A stretch of DNA of 64,000 nt, from positions 107,884 through 171,883 of the forward strand of contig VGLU01000002.1 of assembly GCA_016882195.1 (NCBI GenBank), read 5' to 3'. The notes beneath the pieces were generated by a model, which was given only the letters and a program-made list of their open reading frames with translations, was not told where the DNA came from and searched no databases. Source of the DNA: Thermoproteota archaeon (GTDB lineage Archaea; Thermoproteota; Methanomethylicia; Methanomethylicales; Methanomethylicaceae). Both the position numbers and the translations under genes were made by a program. This document shows positions 39,060 to 48,307 of this stretch, one piece after another (position 1 is the first letter of the stretch; each line of letters opens with the position of its first letter).

Positions 39060-40025
39060 TTGACCGAATTCTATGACAGAGACGCCATCCGGCAGCTCCT
39101 CTCATCAAAGAAGTGGATCTCGCCGCATAAAAGGGTCGTCGTGGCGGTGGACGAGAAGGCTGGCGTGGCCGAGCTGATAGAGGACCACGCCAGGGGGATG
39201 TGTCTGGGCGGGTCTGCATGGTCGCTATACCACTACACCAAGAACAGCAGATCGGTGTTCTGGTCCAAGCGGGAGGGGTCGCGCCTCTTCTATAAGCTTA
39301 GGCTTTCAAAGGAGAGCACTGCGAGCAGGCTCGAGCCCAGCTATAAGCCCGCATCTATCGAGTCGGTAATCTCGGATGGGGAAAAGGTGAGGGTCACCTA
39401 CTCCGGGCTGGCGGGTGCGGGCGTGGCGGCGCTCAGCAGGGGCATGGCGGAGGGCGTGGAGGGGGTGGAGATCCTCGAATGGGGAGGCGGAAAGAAGCTT
39501 GGAAGGGCCACGATAATCCTCCCGAGGAAGGAGAAGATAATAATCGGCGTGGACGACACCGACAAGGCAGATGAGGGCGCCACATGGTCGCTCGTCAACG
39601 AGATAGCCTTCGAGATCTCGAGGCACAAGGGCGTGGACTACCTGGAGCACGCCATAGTCCAGCTCTACCCTCAGAACCCCTTCAAGACCCAGAACTGTGT
39701 CTCCATCTCCGTCTCCTTCGCTGTTCCGCCGGAGCTAAAGGATCCTATTGTGAAGGAGTTCAAGGAGGCGATGACCGATAGGACCTTCTCCAAGGAGACC
39801 GGAATGGCTTACCTGCCGGGCATAATGATCCAGGACGGCCTGATGTCCTTCGCGAGGAGGGCGAAGTCTGGTATGGTAACGGTGGAGGATGCCGAGAAGG
39901 CAGCCACGGAGAATAACGTGAAGGTCTACCGGATAACAGGAAGCAGGGGGGTCATAGGGGCCGTGGCTGCCATACCCTACGTAGAGTATCCCGACGAGGC
40001 CGTGCGGATCGCCGGTGATGATTAA
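39060..40025 (+). CDS. Methanogenesis marker protein 11 (C-terminal TiaS-like DDTD module)
   Basis: GMCLGGSAWSLYHY, YSGLAGAGV, GGGKKLG, IGVDDTDKADEGATW, HAIVQLYPQNPFKTQNCVS, GVIGAVAA. Confidence 0.82.
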   Translation: MTEFYDRDAIRQLLSSKKWISPHKRVVVAVDEKAGVAELIEDHARGMCLGGSAWSLYHYTKNSRSVFWSKREGSRLFYKLRLSKESTASRLEPSYKPASIESVISDGEKVRVTYSGLAGAGVAALSRGMAEGVEGVEILEWGGGKKLGRATIILPRKEKIIIGVDDTDKADEGATWSLVNEIAFEISRHKGVDYLEHAIVQLYPQNPFKTQNCVSISVSFAVPPELKDPIVKEFKEAMTDRTFSKETGMAYLPGIMIQDGLMSFARRAKSGMVTVEDAEKAATENNVKVYRITGSRGVIGAVAAIPYVEYPDEAVRIAGDD

Positions 40026-41202
40026 TTTGTTCGACTTCATAGTCGTGGGCTCCGGCGCAGGAGGAGCCACCGTGGCAAAGGAGCTCTCCGCCGCGGGCAG
40101 GAGCGTCCTGCTTCTCGAGGGTGGGAAGGAGGTTCCCCAGGGGCGAGCCTCGAGCGCCTATACAGTTCTTCCCGCTGATGTCGAGGTCTGGCAGACCGTC
40201 TGCCTGGGCGGGACCACCACGGTGTCTATGGGAAACGCCGTCCGTGCCAAGATAGATGGCGCGCTTGAACGGTTCTACGCTGAGGCGGAAAAGGAGATGG
40301 CTGTGCGGCCGGTTCCTGAGTCCCACATGGGCTCTGCCACCAGGTCGTTGCTCCTCGCGTCCAAGGACTGGAAGGTCATGCCAAAGGCAATAGACTTCAG
40401 CAAGTGCAAACACTGCGGTCATTGTCCCCTCGGCTGTCCGTCCGCCGCAAAGTGGGACGCCACTGCCTACGTCAGGGAGGCGGTATCGCATGGCTGCTCC
40501 CTCTACACTGAAACGCCTGTAAAGAGGGTCATAACCCAAGGAGGGAGGGCCGTAGGCGTGGAGTCCTTCAATGGCAGAACCTTCAATGGCAGGGGTGTGA
40601 TCCTAGCGGCGGGGGCTGTGGAAACTCCTCGAATCCTCATGAGGTCGGGCTTCGAGTCTGTAGGTAAGGGGCTCTTTGTGGACACCTTCGTAACGGTCGG
40701 CGGGGTCAAGAAGGGGGCCCGTTTGAACGCTGAGCTGGGCATGGCTCTATACATGAAGAGGAGGGGATACATGCTCTCGCCCCACTACTCCAGCTTCCTT
40801 GTGCCTCAATTTGCTAAAAAGGGCATAAAGATTCAGCCTTCTGACCTGTTGGGAATAATGGTTAAGATCGAGGACGAGCCCACCGGCGAGGTGAGACCTG
40901 AAAAGATCATCAAGGGGCTCTCCCACAAGGATCTAGAGCTTGTGGAGAGGGGCAGGAGGGAGGCCTCAGAGATCCTCAACGGAGTGGGGGTTGATCCAGA
41001 GACCATAGTCTCGACCTATCCAAGGGGGGCGCATCCAGGAGGCACCTGCACCCCACTCGTAGACCGTTCCTTCGAGACAGATTTCGAGTCCCTTTACATA
41101 TCCGACGCGAGCATCATACCCAAACCGTTGGGCATGCCGCCGATGCTGTCCATAGTGGCCAGGTCCAAGAAACTCTCAAAGCTACTACTTGGAAGGGCCT
41201 AG
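40015..41202 (+). CDS. GMC-family FAD oxidoreductase with [4Fe-4S]-type Cys motif
   Basis: VVGSGAGG, LGGTTTVSMGN, CKHCGHCPLGCP, AAGAVETPRIL, GAHPGGT, LYISDAS...GMPP. Confidence 0.85.
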   Translation: MMINLFDFIVVGSGAGGATVAKELSAAGRSVLLLEGGKEVPQGRASSAYTVLPADVEVWQTVCLGGTTTVSMGNAVRAKIDGALERFYAEAEKEMAVRPVPESHMGSATRSLLLASKDWKVMPKAIDFSKCKHCGHCPLGCPSAAKWDATAYVREAVSHGCSLYTETPVKRVITQGGRAVGVESFNGRTFNGRGVILAAGAVETPRILMRSGFESVGKGLFVDTFVTVGGVKKGARLNAELGMALYMKRRGYMLSPHYSSFLVPQFAKKGIKIQPSDLLGIMVKIEDEPTGEVRPEKIIKGLSHKDLELVERGRREASEILNGVGVDPETIVSTYPRGAHPGGTCTPLVDRSFETDFESLYISDASIIPKPLGMPPMLSIVARSKKLSKLLLGRA

Positions 41203-41640
41203 CAGATATTTGACGATCTCCTCGTGGATCGTGCAGGGCCGTTCCTTGTACCCCTTTGGCGTCCAGCTCCTGACCTGCAGAATCTTCTCCTCCAGTTGGC
41301 TCAGCTCTGGGCACAGCAGTATGTGTCCCTCCTTGCTGAGCTTCATAATGATGTCCGGATTGTGGACCACCTTTGGGTTCGGCACGGATATCGCCTTCTT
41401 CCCCATCTTCAGGATCTCGAAGAGGGTGCCCGCCCCGCTGTGCGTGATTATGAACTCTGCAGGGCGGTAGAACTCGGTCAAATCTATCTTGAACCTGAAC
41501 CATTCCGCATTTTTAGGGACATAGGTGCCGTTAGCGATCTGGACCACAACGTCGCCCACGACGCCCTTCTCTGCCAGCCTGTCCACCTCCCTTATCAGGT
41601 CGTCAAAGGGGGCTACAGAACCGACCGTAACGAAGATCAT
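41185..41640 (-). CDS. Alg13/PssE-like glycosyltransferase subunit (GT28 C-terminal)
   Basis: MIFVTVGS, FDDLI, ITHSGAGT, ISVPN. Confidence 0.85.
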   Translation of the reverse strand: MIFVTVGSVAPFDDLIREVDRLAEKGVVGDVVVQIANGTYVPKNAEWFRFKIDLTEFYRPAEFIITHSGAGTLFEILKMGKKAISVPNPKVVHNPDIIMKLSKEGHILLCPELSQLEEKILQVRSWTPKGYKERPCTIHEEIVKYLLGPSK

Positions 41641-41641
41641 T

Positions 41642-42118
41642 TCATTGCAACCTCCCCGCATAGATGCCCCTTGAATATACCGACTTCATCTCGGGCCACT
41701 GGACGAAGAACAGGTCGGCGAACCTGTATATGATCTTCCCGGATGTGGAACCTTTGTATACCCTGGACCAACTCTCCACAAAGACAACCTTCTTACCAAA
41801 GATCTTGCCGATCATGGATATGGGCACAGCCATCCCCGGACCCGCGCTGAGTATGACCTCTGGCTTGGTTCTCCTAACGACCCCGAGCGACTCCCAAAAC
41901 AGCCTAATCGCCTTGAAGAAGGTAACTATGACGTTGTCGCCATGATTTCTCGCCCTGTGGACGACGCAGATCTCCCCCTTTCTGGCTATCTTCTCTGCTG
42001 AGAGTTTGTCCCCCTTGCCCACAAGGTAGACGTACTCGAACCTCTCCCCCAGCAGATCAACAAGCTTTAGCATCTGGGCCGTGTGCCCGCCGCTGCCTAG
42101 AACTACAAGGATCTTCAA
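41642..42118 (-). CDS. Alg14/PssD-like glycosyltransferase subunit
   Basis: VVLGSGGHT, GPGMAVP, FVESWSRV, FFVQWP. Confidence 0.87.
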   Translation of the reverse strand: MKILVVLGSGGHTAQMLKLVDLLGERFEYVYLVGKGDKLSAEKIARKGEICVVHRARNHGDNVIVTFFKAIRLFWESLGVVRRTKPEVILSAGPGMAVPISMIGKIFGKKVVFVESWSRVYKGSTSGKIIYRFADLFFVQWPEMKSVYSRGIYAGRLQ

Positions 42119-42124
42119 GTCGCT

Positions 42125-43234
42125 TCACGGGTTCTTCTTAGTCTTCTTTATTATCTCAGCCATCCTGTCCAAGTCTTTCTCTGTTACAGCGGGGTTAACA
42201 GGCAGAGATAGCACTGTCTGGGCCGCCCTCTCCGACGCGGGTAGCTTCAATGTTCCGTAGCCGAGGCCTGCATAGAGGGGGATTCTGTGGACCGGTGTCG
42301 GGTAATAAACAGTTGCCCCTATCCCTCCCTCTAGGAGCCTCGACATGAATCTCTCCCTCTCCGCTGCCGTTTTGCACCTAACCGTGAATAGATACCAATT
42401 ATGCCTGCAATACTCTGGTACCTCTGGCAGCACTAACCCTGCCCCATCCAGTTTTTCCTTCAGCGCATTTGCGTTCCTAGCCCTCGCTGCGAGAAAGCCT
42501 GGAAGCTTCTTCAGCTGCGCCCTACCTATGGCTGCCTCTATCTCCGGCATCCTGAAATTTCCGCCGAGGATCACGGAGTCGTTGCCCTTCACCTGGCCGT
42601 GCGTCCTTATCCTCCCCAGCTTCTCGGCCAGCGCATCGTCGTCCGTTATTATCGCGCCCCCCTCCCCAGTGGTCATTACCTTTGTCGGGTAGAAGCTGAG
42701 GCAGCCTATGTCTCCCAAGGTCCCCGCCATCCTTCCCCTGTAGGAGGCTCCTAGGGCTTGGCAGGCGTCCTCTATAACCGTGATCCCGTGCTCCTCGGCA
42801 ATCTCCCCAATCTCATCCATCTCGGCAGGAAGACCGTACAGGTCAACGGGGATCACTGCCTTTGTCCTCTTGGTTATCACCTTCTTGAAGGCCCTTGGCA
42901 TCATGTTGTAGCTACTCAGGTCGATGTCCACAAAGACAGGCTTTGCCCCGGCTAAGACGGCGGCACCCGCGGTGGCCGCAAAGGTAAAGGATGGCATGAC
43001 CACCTCGTCCCCTAGCCTGATCCCCGATGCCAAGAGCGCCGTGTGGAGGGCAGCCGTCCCTGAGTTGACCGCAACAACATGCCTCGCGTTAAGGTGTCTC
43101 GCCAGCTCCCTCTCGAAGGCCCTGACATTCGGCCCGCCCTCAGGGGAGGAGTTCGTCATGATGCCGCCCTCTATAACCTTCAGAACCCCCTCCTTCTCCT
43201 CAACCCCGAGCAATGGCTTGTTTATTGGCAGCAT
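42125..43234 (-). CDS. DegT/DnrJ PLP aminotransferase (WbpE-like)
   Basis: NSGTAAL, PVDLYG, IEDACQALG, SFYPTKVMTTGEGG. Confidence 0.9.
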   Translation of the reverse strand: MLPINKPLLGVEEKEGVLKVIEGGIMTNSSPEGGPNVRAFERELARHLNARHVVAVNSGTAALHTALLASGIRLGDEVVMPSFTFAATAGAAVLAGAKPVFVDIDLSSYNMMPRAFKKVITKRTKAVIPVDLYGLPAEMDEIGEIAEEHGITVIEDACQALGASYRGRMAGTLGDIGCLSFYPTKVMTTGEGGAIITDDDALAEKLGRIRTHGQVKGNDSVILGGNFRMPEIEAAIGRAQLKKLPGFLAARARNANALKEKLDGAGLVLPEVPEYCRHNWYLFTVRCKTAAERERFMSRLLEGGIGATVYYPTPVHRIPLYAGLGYGTLKLPASERAAQTVLSLPVNPAVTEKDLDRMAEIIKKTKKNP

Positions 43235-43283
43235 TGCCGCTCACACGGGATAAATTGTCCTGTCTACCTATTAATCGTTTGAG

Positions 43284-43982
43284 TTATTGTTGGGACAGGT
43301 AGTCCCTCTGCTTCCTGTTGTACTCTTCCCTGCTCATTATGACCTTCGCCGGGACGCCCAGCACGACGGTTCTTGGTTGGACGTCCTTGGTGACGATGGC
43401 CCCAGCGCCTATCATCGCCCCCTCGCCCACCCGGATGCCTGCTATGAGGACCGCCCTCGACCCCACCGCGGCGTTGTCCTCTATGGTTACGCCGGAGACT
43501 TTGGGCGATGGCGGATACCTGTCGTTCGTCACCGTAACGTAGGGGCCCATGAAGACGTTGGATCCTATGACCGTCCCGGGCGGTATGTAGACCCCCGTCT
43601 GTATGTTGTTCTTACCGCCTATCTTCACGTTGCCGTCTATCACCGTGTAAGTACCGATCCTAGTCCCGTTCCCTATGACCGTTCCCTCCCTGATCAGGAC
43701 GCCGTGGCCCGTCTCAATGTTGTCCCCGATCTGGGTGCCCTCGTACACGATGCTTCCGGCCCTGATCACGCATCCCCTTCCTATGGTGCTGCCCTCGCTA
43801 ACGCCGTCATAAGCCTCGAATGTCGGCTTCTCAAGGCTCAGTACCTTCTTCTGGACGGGATACCCGATGATGACCCCGTCCCCTATGACCGTCTTAGCCC
43901 CTATACGCGTGGACCCTAGGATCCTCGCCTCGCCCTCCAAGAGCCCTCCAATTTTTGCCCTCTTGGATATGTACAATAGCAT
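43284..43982 (-). CDS. Hexapeptide-repeat N-acetyltransferase (WbpD-like)
   Basis: Left-handed beta-helix repeats, TNDRYP, IGAGAIVTKDV, GVPAK. Confidence 0.87.
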   Translation of the reverse strand: MLLYISKRAKIGGLLEGEARILGSTRIGAKTVIGDGVIIGYPVQKKVLSLEKPTFEAYDGVSEGSTIGRGCVIRAGSIVYEGTQIGDNIETGHGVLIREGTVIGNGTRIGTYTVIDGNVKIGGKNNIQTGVYIPPGTVIGSNVFMGPYVTVTNDRYPPSPKVSGVTIEDNAAVGSRAVLIAGIRVGEGAMIGAGAIVTKDVQPRTVVLGVPAKVIMSREEYNRKQRDYLSQQ

Positions 43983-44036
43983 CCCTTCTCGCGTCAGGGA
44001 GATTCTCTATCCGATCTTATTTATAAAAAAGGCGTT

Positions 44037-45389
44037 TCAAGCGCCGGGCCTTCCGATTCCGCTATAGAGGCTCCCGCGTGGCAGCCTTGCCGGATCCAGC
44101 ACATTCTTTCCGTCCACCACTGTCAGCCTCTTCTTGCACCATCCAAGGTCTAGGCTCTTGAACTCCCTGTGGTCTGTGGCCACAACCAATGCGTCGGCCC
44201 ATTCTACAATCTCCTGCAGGCTCCTGCACGTCTCCACACCGTTCATGCTCCTGATGAGCGGGTCATACGCCCTCACGCCGGCAACCTTCCCCCTCAGAAG
44301 ATTGATAAAGTCCATGGCAGGCGAGAGTCTGGCGTCCTTTACATCGCCCCTGAACGCCAACCCGAGCACCCCAACCTTGGCATCCTTCATCCCGATCCCT
44401 GCCCTCCTCAAGGCCTTCTTGAGCAGTCCGAGGGTGTACTCGGGCATCCCCTCGTTCGTCTCCCTCGCCCTTCTGGTGATCTCAAGTGTTAGCCCTGCCC
44501 TCTCGGCCACATCCATCAGGAAGTAGGGGTAAACCGGAATGCACAACCCTCCGACCCCTATTCCGGGCAGGTGGAGGTGACAGAAGGGCTGACTGTTGGC
44601 CGCCCTCCTCGCCTCTATAAAGTCGATGCTGAGGGCGTCACAGAGCTTTGCGAACTCGTTGGCGAGGGCTATGTTGGCGTCCCTGTAGACCCCCTCAAAT
44701 ATCTTTGATGCCTCCGCCTCCCTAGCGCTGGCGAGCTTTATCACCCCTTTCTTGGCGATGCCCTCGTAGAGCGCCGCCACCGTCTCGGTGCTCCTCGGGC
44801 CAACGCCGCCGACGACCTTCGGGTAGTTCACCTCGATGTCCTGAAGCGCCCTGCCCTCATAGATCCTCTCCGGGCTGTAAGCAAGACCAAAGTCCCTCTC
44901 AGCCGTAAGTCCGCTCTCCTCCTCCAATATGGGCTTTGCAAGACCCTCCGTGGTCAGGGGAGGCACCGTGCACTCTATTATCACAACGTCACCCGGCTTG
45001 AGGCCCTTCCCGATGCTCCTGATGACTGACTCCATGTTCCTGTTGTCGAGCCTCTTATGGGTGTTCAGGGTCGTGGGTATGACGACTATCTTTACGTCTG
45101 ACCTCCTGGAGCCGTCGGTGCCGTCCGTGGTCGCGGAGAACCTCCCCTCCGCAATCCCCTTCCTGATCCCCTCCTCTATCCCCGGCTCGTCGTCAAAGGG
45201 GATAATGCCTCTGTTCAGCCCATCAACAAGATCCACGTTTATATCCACGCCTATGACCTTAGCACCCGCCCTCAGCCAGGCCACCGCTATGGGCGATCCC
45301 ACCCTTCCCATGCCATAGACCGCTGTTGTGATACTCCCCTCAGCGAGTGCCCTCTTCAGATCTTCAGGCGCCCTACCGAGTAGCCTCAT
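44037..45389 (-). CDS. UDP-N-acetylhexosamine 6-dehydrogenase (WbpA/WecC-like)
   Basis: GMGRVG, ECTVPP, YSPER, GVGGLCIP, LGLAFRGDVKDARLSP; start trimmed to MRLLGR. Confidence 0.88.
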   Translation of the reverse strand: MRLLGRAPEDLKRALAEGSITTAVYGMGRVGSPIAVAWLRAGAKVIGVDINVDLVDGLNRGIIPFDDEPGIEEGIRKGIAEGRFSATTDGTDGSRRSDVKIVVIPTTLNTHKRLDNRNMESVIRSIGKGLKPGDVVIIECTVPPLTTEGLAKPILEEESGLTAERDFGLAYSPERIYEGRALQDIEVNYPKVVGGVGPRSTETVAALYEGIAKKGVIKLASAREAEASKIFEGVYRDANIALANEFAKLCDALSIDFIEARRAANSQPFCHLHLPGIGVGGLCIPVYPYFLMDVAERAGLTLEITRRARETNEGMPEYTLGLLKKALRRAGIGMKDAKVGVLGLAFRGDVKDARLSPAMDFINLLRGKVAGVRAYDPLIRSMNGVETCRSLQEIVEWADALVVATDHREFKSLDLGWCKKRLTVVDGKNVLDPARLPRGSLYSGIGRPGA

Positions 45390-46303
45390 CCGGCACCCCT
45401 CCTCAAAGCGGTCAAAGCCACCTTCAGGTTCATCAACCCCTCTCTTCCATCCACCAGCGGCCTCTTTTTCTTGCTCACACACTCGATAAAGTGCTCCAGC
45501 TCCACCTTGAGTGGCTCCTTCTTGTTCACGTCCACCGTACGCCTCGTCGCGCCGCTGCAGACCTCGATGCTCTGTTGTATGTAGTCTAGGCAGACCATGG
45601 CCTCCGAGCCCGTGGCCACGAGGGTCCTCACCTTGTACGGCGTGAATCGGCTGGCCTCTATACTGGCTATGGTCTCCCCGTAGTCTAGGAGTATGAGCGC
45701 GTAATCCTCCACATCCCGTCTGTACTTACCATAACCCGCATAGACGGCCTTCGGCTCCCTTCCGACCAGGAACCGCGTGACGTCGATATCATGGGTTGCC
45801 AGATCCACTATTATTCCAACATCCTTTATTCTGGGAGAGAACGGTCCGGAGCGCTTGGTGGACAGAATGAAGAGCCTGCCGAGCTCCCCCGCCTGTATCA
45901 TCTCCTTCAGCTTCAGGACCGCAGGGTTGAACCTCTCTATGTGCCCCACCATCAAGATCGCTCCACCCTTCTTGGCGGCCATGATTATTGCCTCGGCGTC
46001 CTTGATCGTAGGGGCGATCGGCTTCTCGACGAGGCAACTTATCCCCTCCCTCAGGAAGATGGGCGTAACCTCCTTATGCAGCGATGTAGGCACGGCGATG
46101 CTAACGGCGTCCGGTCTCTGTCTTACCATCTCATCGATGGAATCGATCACTACCGTTCCGTACGCGCTGGCCACCTCTCTTGCACGCGCGTCGTCTTTAT
46201 CAACAATGCCGATGAGTTTGCAGTTTTTAATCTCCGAGTATACCCTGGCATGGTGTTGGCCCATCATCCCCACGCCAACTATGCCAACCCGCAACGCCGC
46301 CAC
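45386..46303 (-). CDS. Gfo/Idh/MocA oxidoreductase (UDP-GlcNAc(A) 3-dehydrogenase, WbpB-like)
   Basis: GVGMMGQHHAR, VEKPIA, VGHIERFNPA, DLATHDID. Confidence 0.87.
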   Translation of the reverse strand: MAALRVGIVGVGMMGQHHARVYSEIKNCKLIGIVDKDDARAREVASAYGTVVIDSIDEMVRQRPDAVSIAVPTSLHKEVTPIFLREGISCLVEKPIAPTIKDAEAIIMAAKKGGAILMVGHIERFNPAVLKLKEMIQAGELGRLFILSTKRSGPFSPRIKDVGIIVDLATHDIDVTRFLVGREPKAVYAGYGKYRRDVEDYALILLDYGETIASIEASRFTPYKVRTLVATGSEAMVCLDYIQQSIEVCSGATRRTVDVNKKEPLKVELEHFIECVSKKKRPLVDGREGLMNLKVALTALRRGAG

Positions 46304-46362
46304 CGCTTAAAAGATGTCGGCGTATACCCTTAAATACATTCTTTAACTCTACCTTTTACAAT

Positions 46363-47382
46363 GTGTGCCAGCATGGAATGGTGCCGGCTATGAACCCTCT
46401 GGTCTTGCTTGTCTTCCCGATCTCATTCATCGTCACCTATTGGCTCACCTTAAATTGGATAAGGGTCGCCAAGAGGTCGAACATCCTAGGGAAGGACCTG
46501 AATAAGCCGGGCAATCCCCTCGTTCCTGAGATGGGCGGCATACCGGTGATAGGCGGCTTTCTAAGTGGCCTCCTCTACTATGTTGCGTTGAACACCTTCT
46601 TCTTAAACCAAGCAACCTACAACGTGTACGTGCTGGGCGCCATTGCCACGGCCCTGATAATATTCGTCATCGGCATGATCGATGACATGCTGGGGTGGAA
46701 GATCGGTCTCTCCAAGCTCCAAAAACCGCTTTTGACGATACCAGCGGCCATCCCCATGATGGTCATAAACGCCGGCCAGTCCACCATAGCCCTCCCCTTC
46801 ATTGGCACCGTGAGCTTGGGCGTCCTGTACCCCCTCCTGTTTGTGCCCGTGGGCACGGTCGGGGCGGCGAACGCCTTCAACTTGCTCGCTGGGTACAACG
46901 GTCTCGAGTGCGGTATGGGCATAATAATTATACTCGCCATATCCTTCGTGTGTTATATGACTGGAAGCACTTGGGTCGCAGTCATAGGTGGAATAATTGT
47001 TTCGGCGCTCATTGCCTTCCTCATATTCAACTGGTACCCGGCAAAAGTCTTCCCTGGCAACTCCTTCACATACATGGTCGGGTCGATGATTGCCGTGCTA
47101 GCAATACTTGGGAACGTTGAGAAACTGGCGCTCTTTCTATTCATACCCTATTACTTGGACTTTCTCCTACCATTGAGGAAAAGGATGAAGGTTGAGGCCT
47201 TTGCAAAAGTGAACCCGGATGGCAGTTTGGATATGCCATATGAGCCTGTATATGATGTTGCGCATCTGGCCATAAAGGTGCTAAAGCGTATAAAGACCAA
47301 AGTTTATGAAAGGGATGTGGTTGGCATCATATTGATCACCGAAGTGATTCTAACACTCCTCGGCATCCTGCTTTATGTTTAG
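46363..47382 (+). CDS. aglH: UDP-GlcNAc:dolichol-phosphate GlcNAc-1-phosphotransferase (AglH/Alg7, MraY family)
   Basis: GKDLNK, VPEMGG, GMIDD, ANAFNLLAGYNGLE, FNWYPAKVFPG; true start may be 46378 or 46390. Confidence 0.85.
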   Translation: MCQHGMVPAMNPLVLLVFPISFIVTYWLTLNWIRVAKRSNILGKDLNKPGNPLVPEMGGIPVIGGFLSGLLYYVALNTFFLNQATYNVYVLGAIATALIIFVIGMIDDMLGWKIGLSKLQKPLLTIPAAIPMMVINAGQSTIALPFIGTVSLGVLYPLLFVPVGTVGAANAFNLLAGYNGLECGMGIIIILAISFVCYMTGSTWVAVIGGIIVSALIAFLIFNWYPAKVFPGNSFTYMVGSMIAVLAILGNVEKLALFLFIPYYLDFLLPLRKRMKVEAFAKVNPDGSLDMPYEPVYDVAHLAIKVLKRIKTKVYERDVVGIILITEVILTLLGILLYV

Positions 47383-47451
47383 AAGGCATTTCTAACTCAT
47401 TACACGCGAAAGGCCTTGCCCCTAAAGTTTGGTCATTAACCAGCGCTGGCT

Positions 47452-48192
47452 TCAGCGTTCCTTTTTTGCAACTATTATCATTTCATTTGGCTTCAGATCA
47501 AAGAGGTCGCTAACAAATCTTCTCGTGCGAAGATACGTTGCCTGTATCCAATGTCTTGGGGTTGCATATATCCAGGTCTTCTTTAATACAATGGTCTTGA
47601 AGCCGCTATCCGTGAGGAGTTTTTGCATCTTCCCTTCATTAAAGCTCTGAATGTGTTGCACTGGATGAAATACCGCATAACATTCGGGGCATAAAACCTT
47701 GTGAGCCTCCAGATCCTCTGCGTAGGGGGAGGTCATCAACAATAAGCCGCTTCGTTTGAGAACTCGGTTTATCTCTTTAAACCCATCCCTTACCTCATGA
47801 TCGAAGAGGTGTTCAAACAATTCCATGGTGAAGACCCTGTCAAACTTTTCGTCAGCATAAGGCATACGCGTCACATTTCCCACATCTGCCTCCACATTGA
47901 CCTTCTCCATGACTACTCTCTTTTTGAACTCGCTAACAGTTTTTGTTGACGCGTCAATACCATAACAATCGTGCCCCATCTTCGAGAGATCGATCAATAT
48001 CTTACCAGAGGCAAAGCCGACGTCTAGAATTGATAGTTTGCCTTCAAAATATGGCCGAAACACGTTCATTGGAATCTGAAAGTAGTTCTCTGAGAAGTGC
48101 GCTGTATGAAATATTGGAATAGAGGCCCAAACATTCCAAAACTTTTCTCGACGGTTTTCGTCCCATTTGAATTCATGACCTTCATCTACCAT
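47452..48192 (-). CDS. Class I SAM-dependent methyltransferase
   Basis: ILDVGFASG, YGIDAS, MPYADEKFD, ELFEHL. Confidence 0.85.
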   Translation of the reverse strand: MVDEGHEFKWDENRREKFWNVWASIPIFHTAHFSENYFQIPMNVFRPYFEGKLSILDVGFASGKILIDLSKMGHDCYGIDASTKTVSEFKKRVVMEKVNVEADVGNVTRMPYADEKFDRVFTMELFEHLFDHEVRDGFKEINRVLKRSGLLLMTSPYAEDLEAHKVLCPECYAVFHPVQHIQSFNEGKMQKLLTDSGFKTIVLKKTWIYATPRHWIQATYLRTRRFVSDLFDLKPNEMIIVAKKER

Positions 48193-48307
48193 TTATTCGA
48201 CCACACGAGAATGGTACTATTAAATCGCATTTTAAATATATCGGTTTAAGAAATTACGGCAATTTTTGTAGTTTTCCCACGTCCGTAACGTGTATGCCAT
48301 CTTGAAA

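Noticed and set aside
39060-40025. TiaS (tRNA-Ile2 agmatinyltransferase)
   Set aside because: The DDTD module is C-terminal and the OB-fold and Zn-ribbon are absent; the sequence fits Mmp11.
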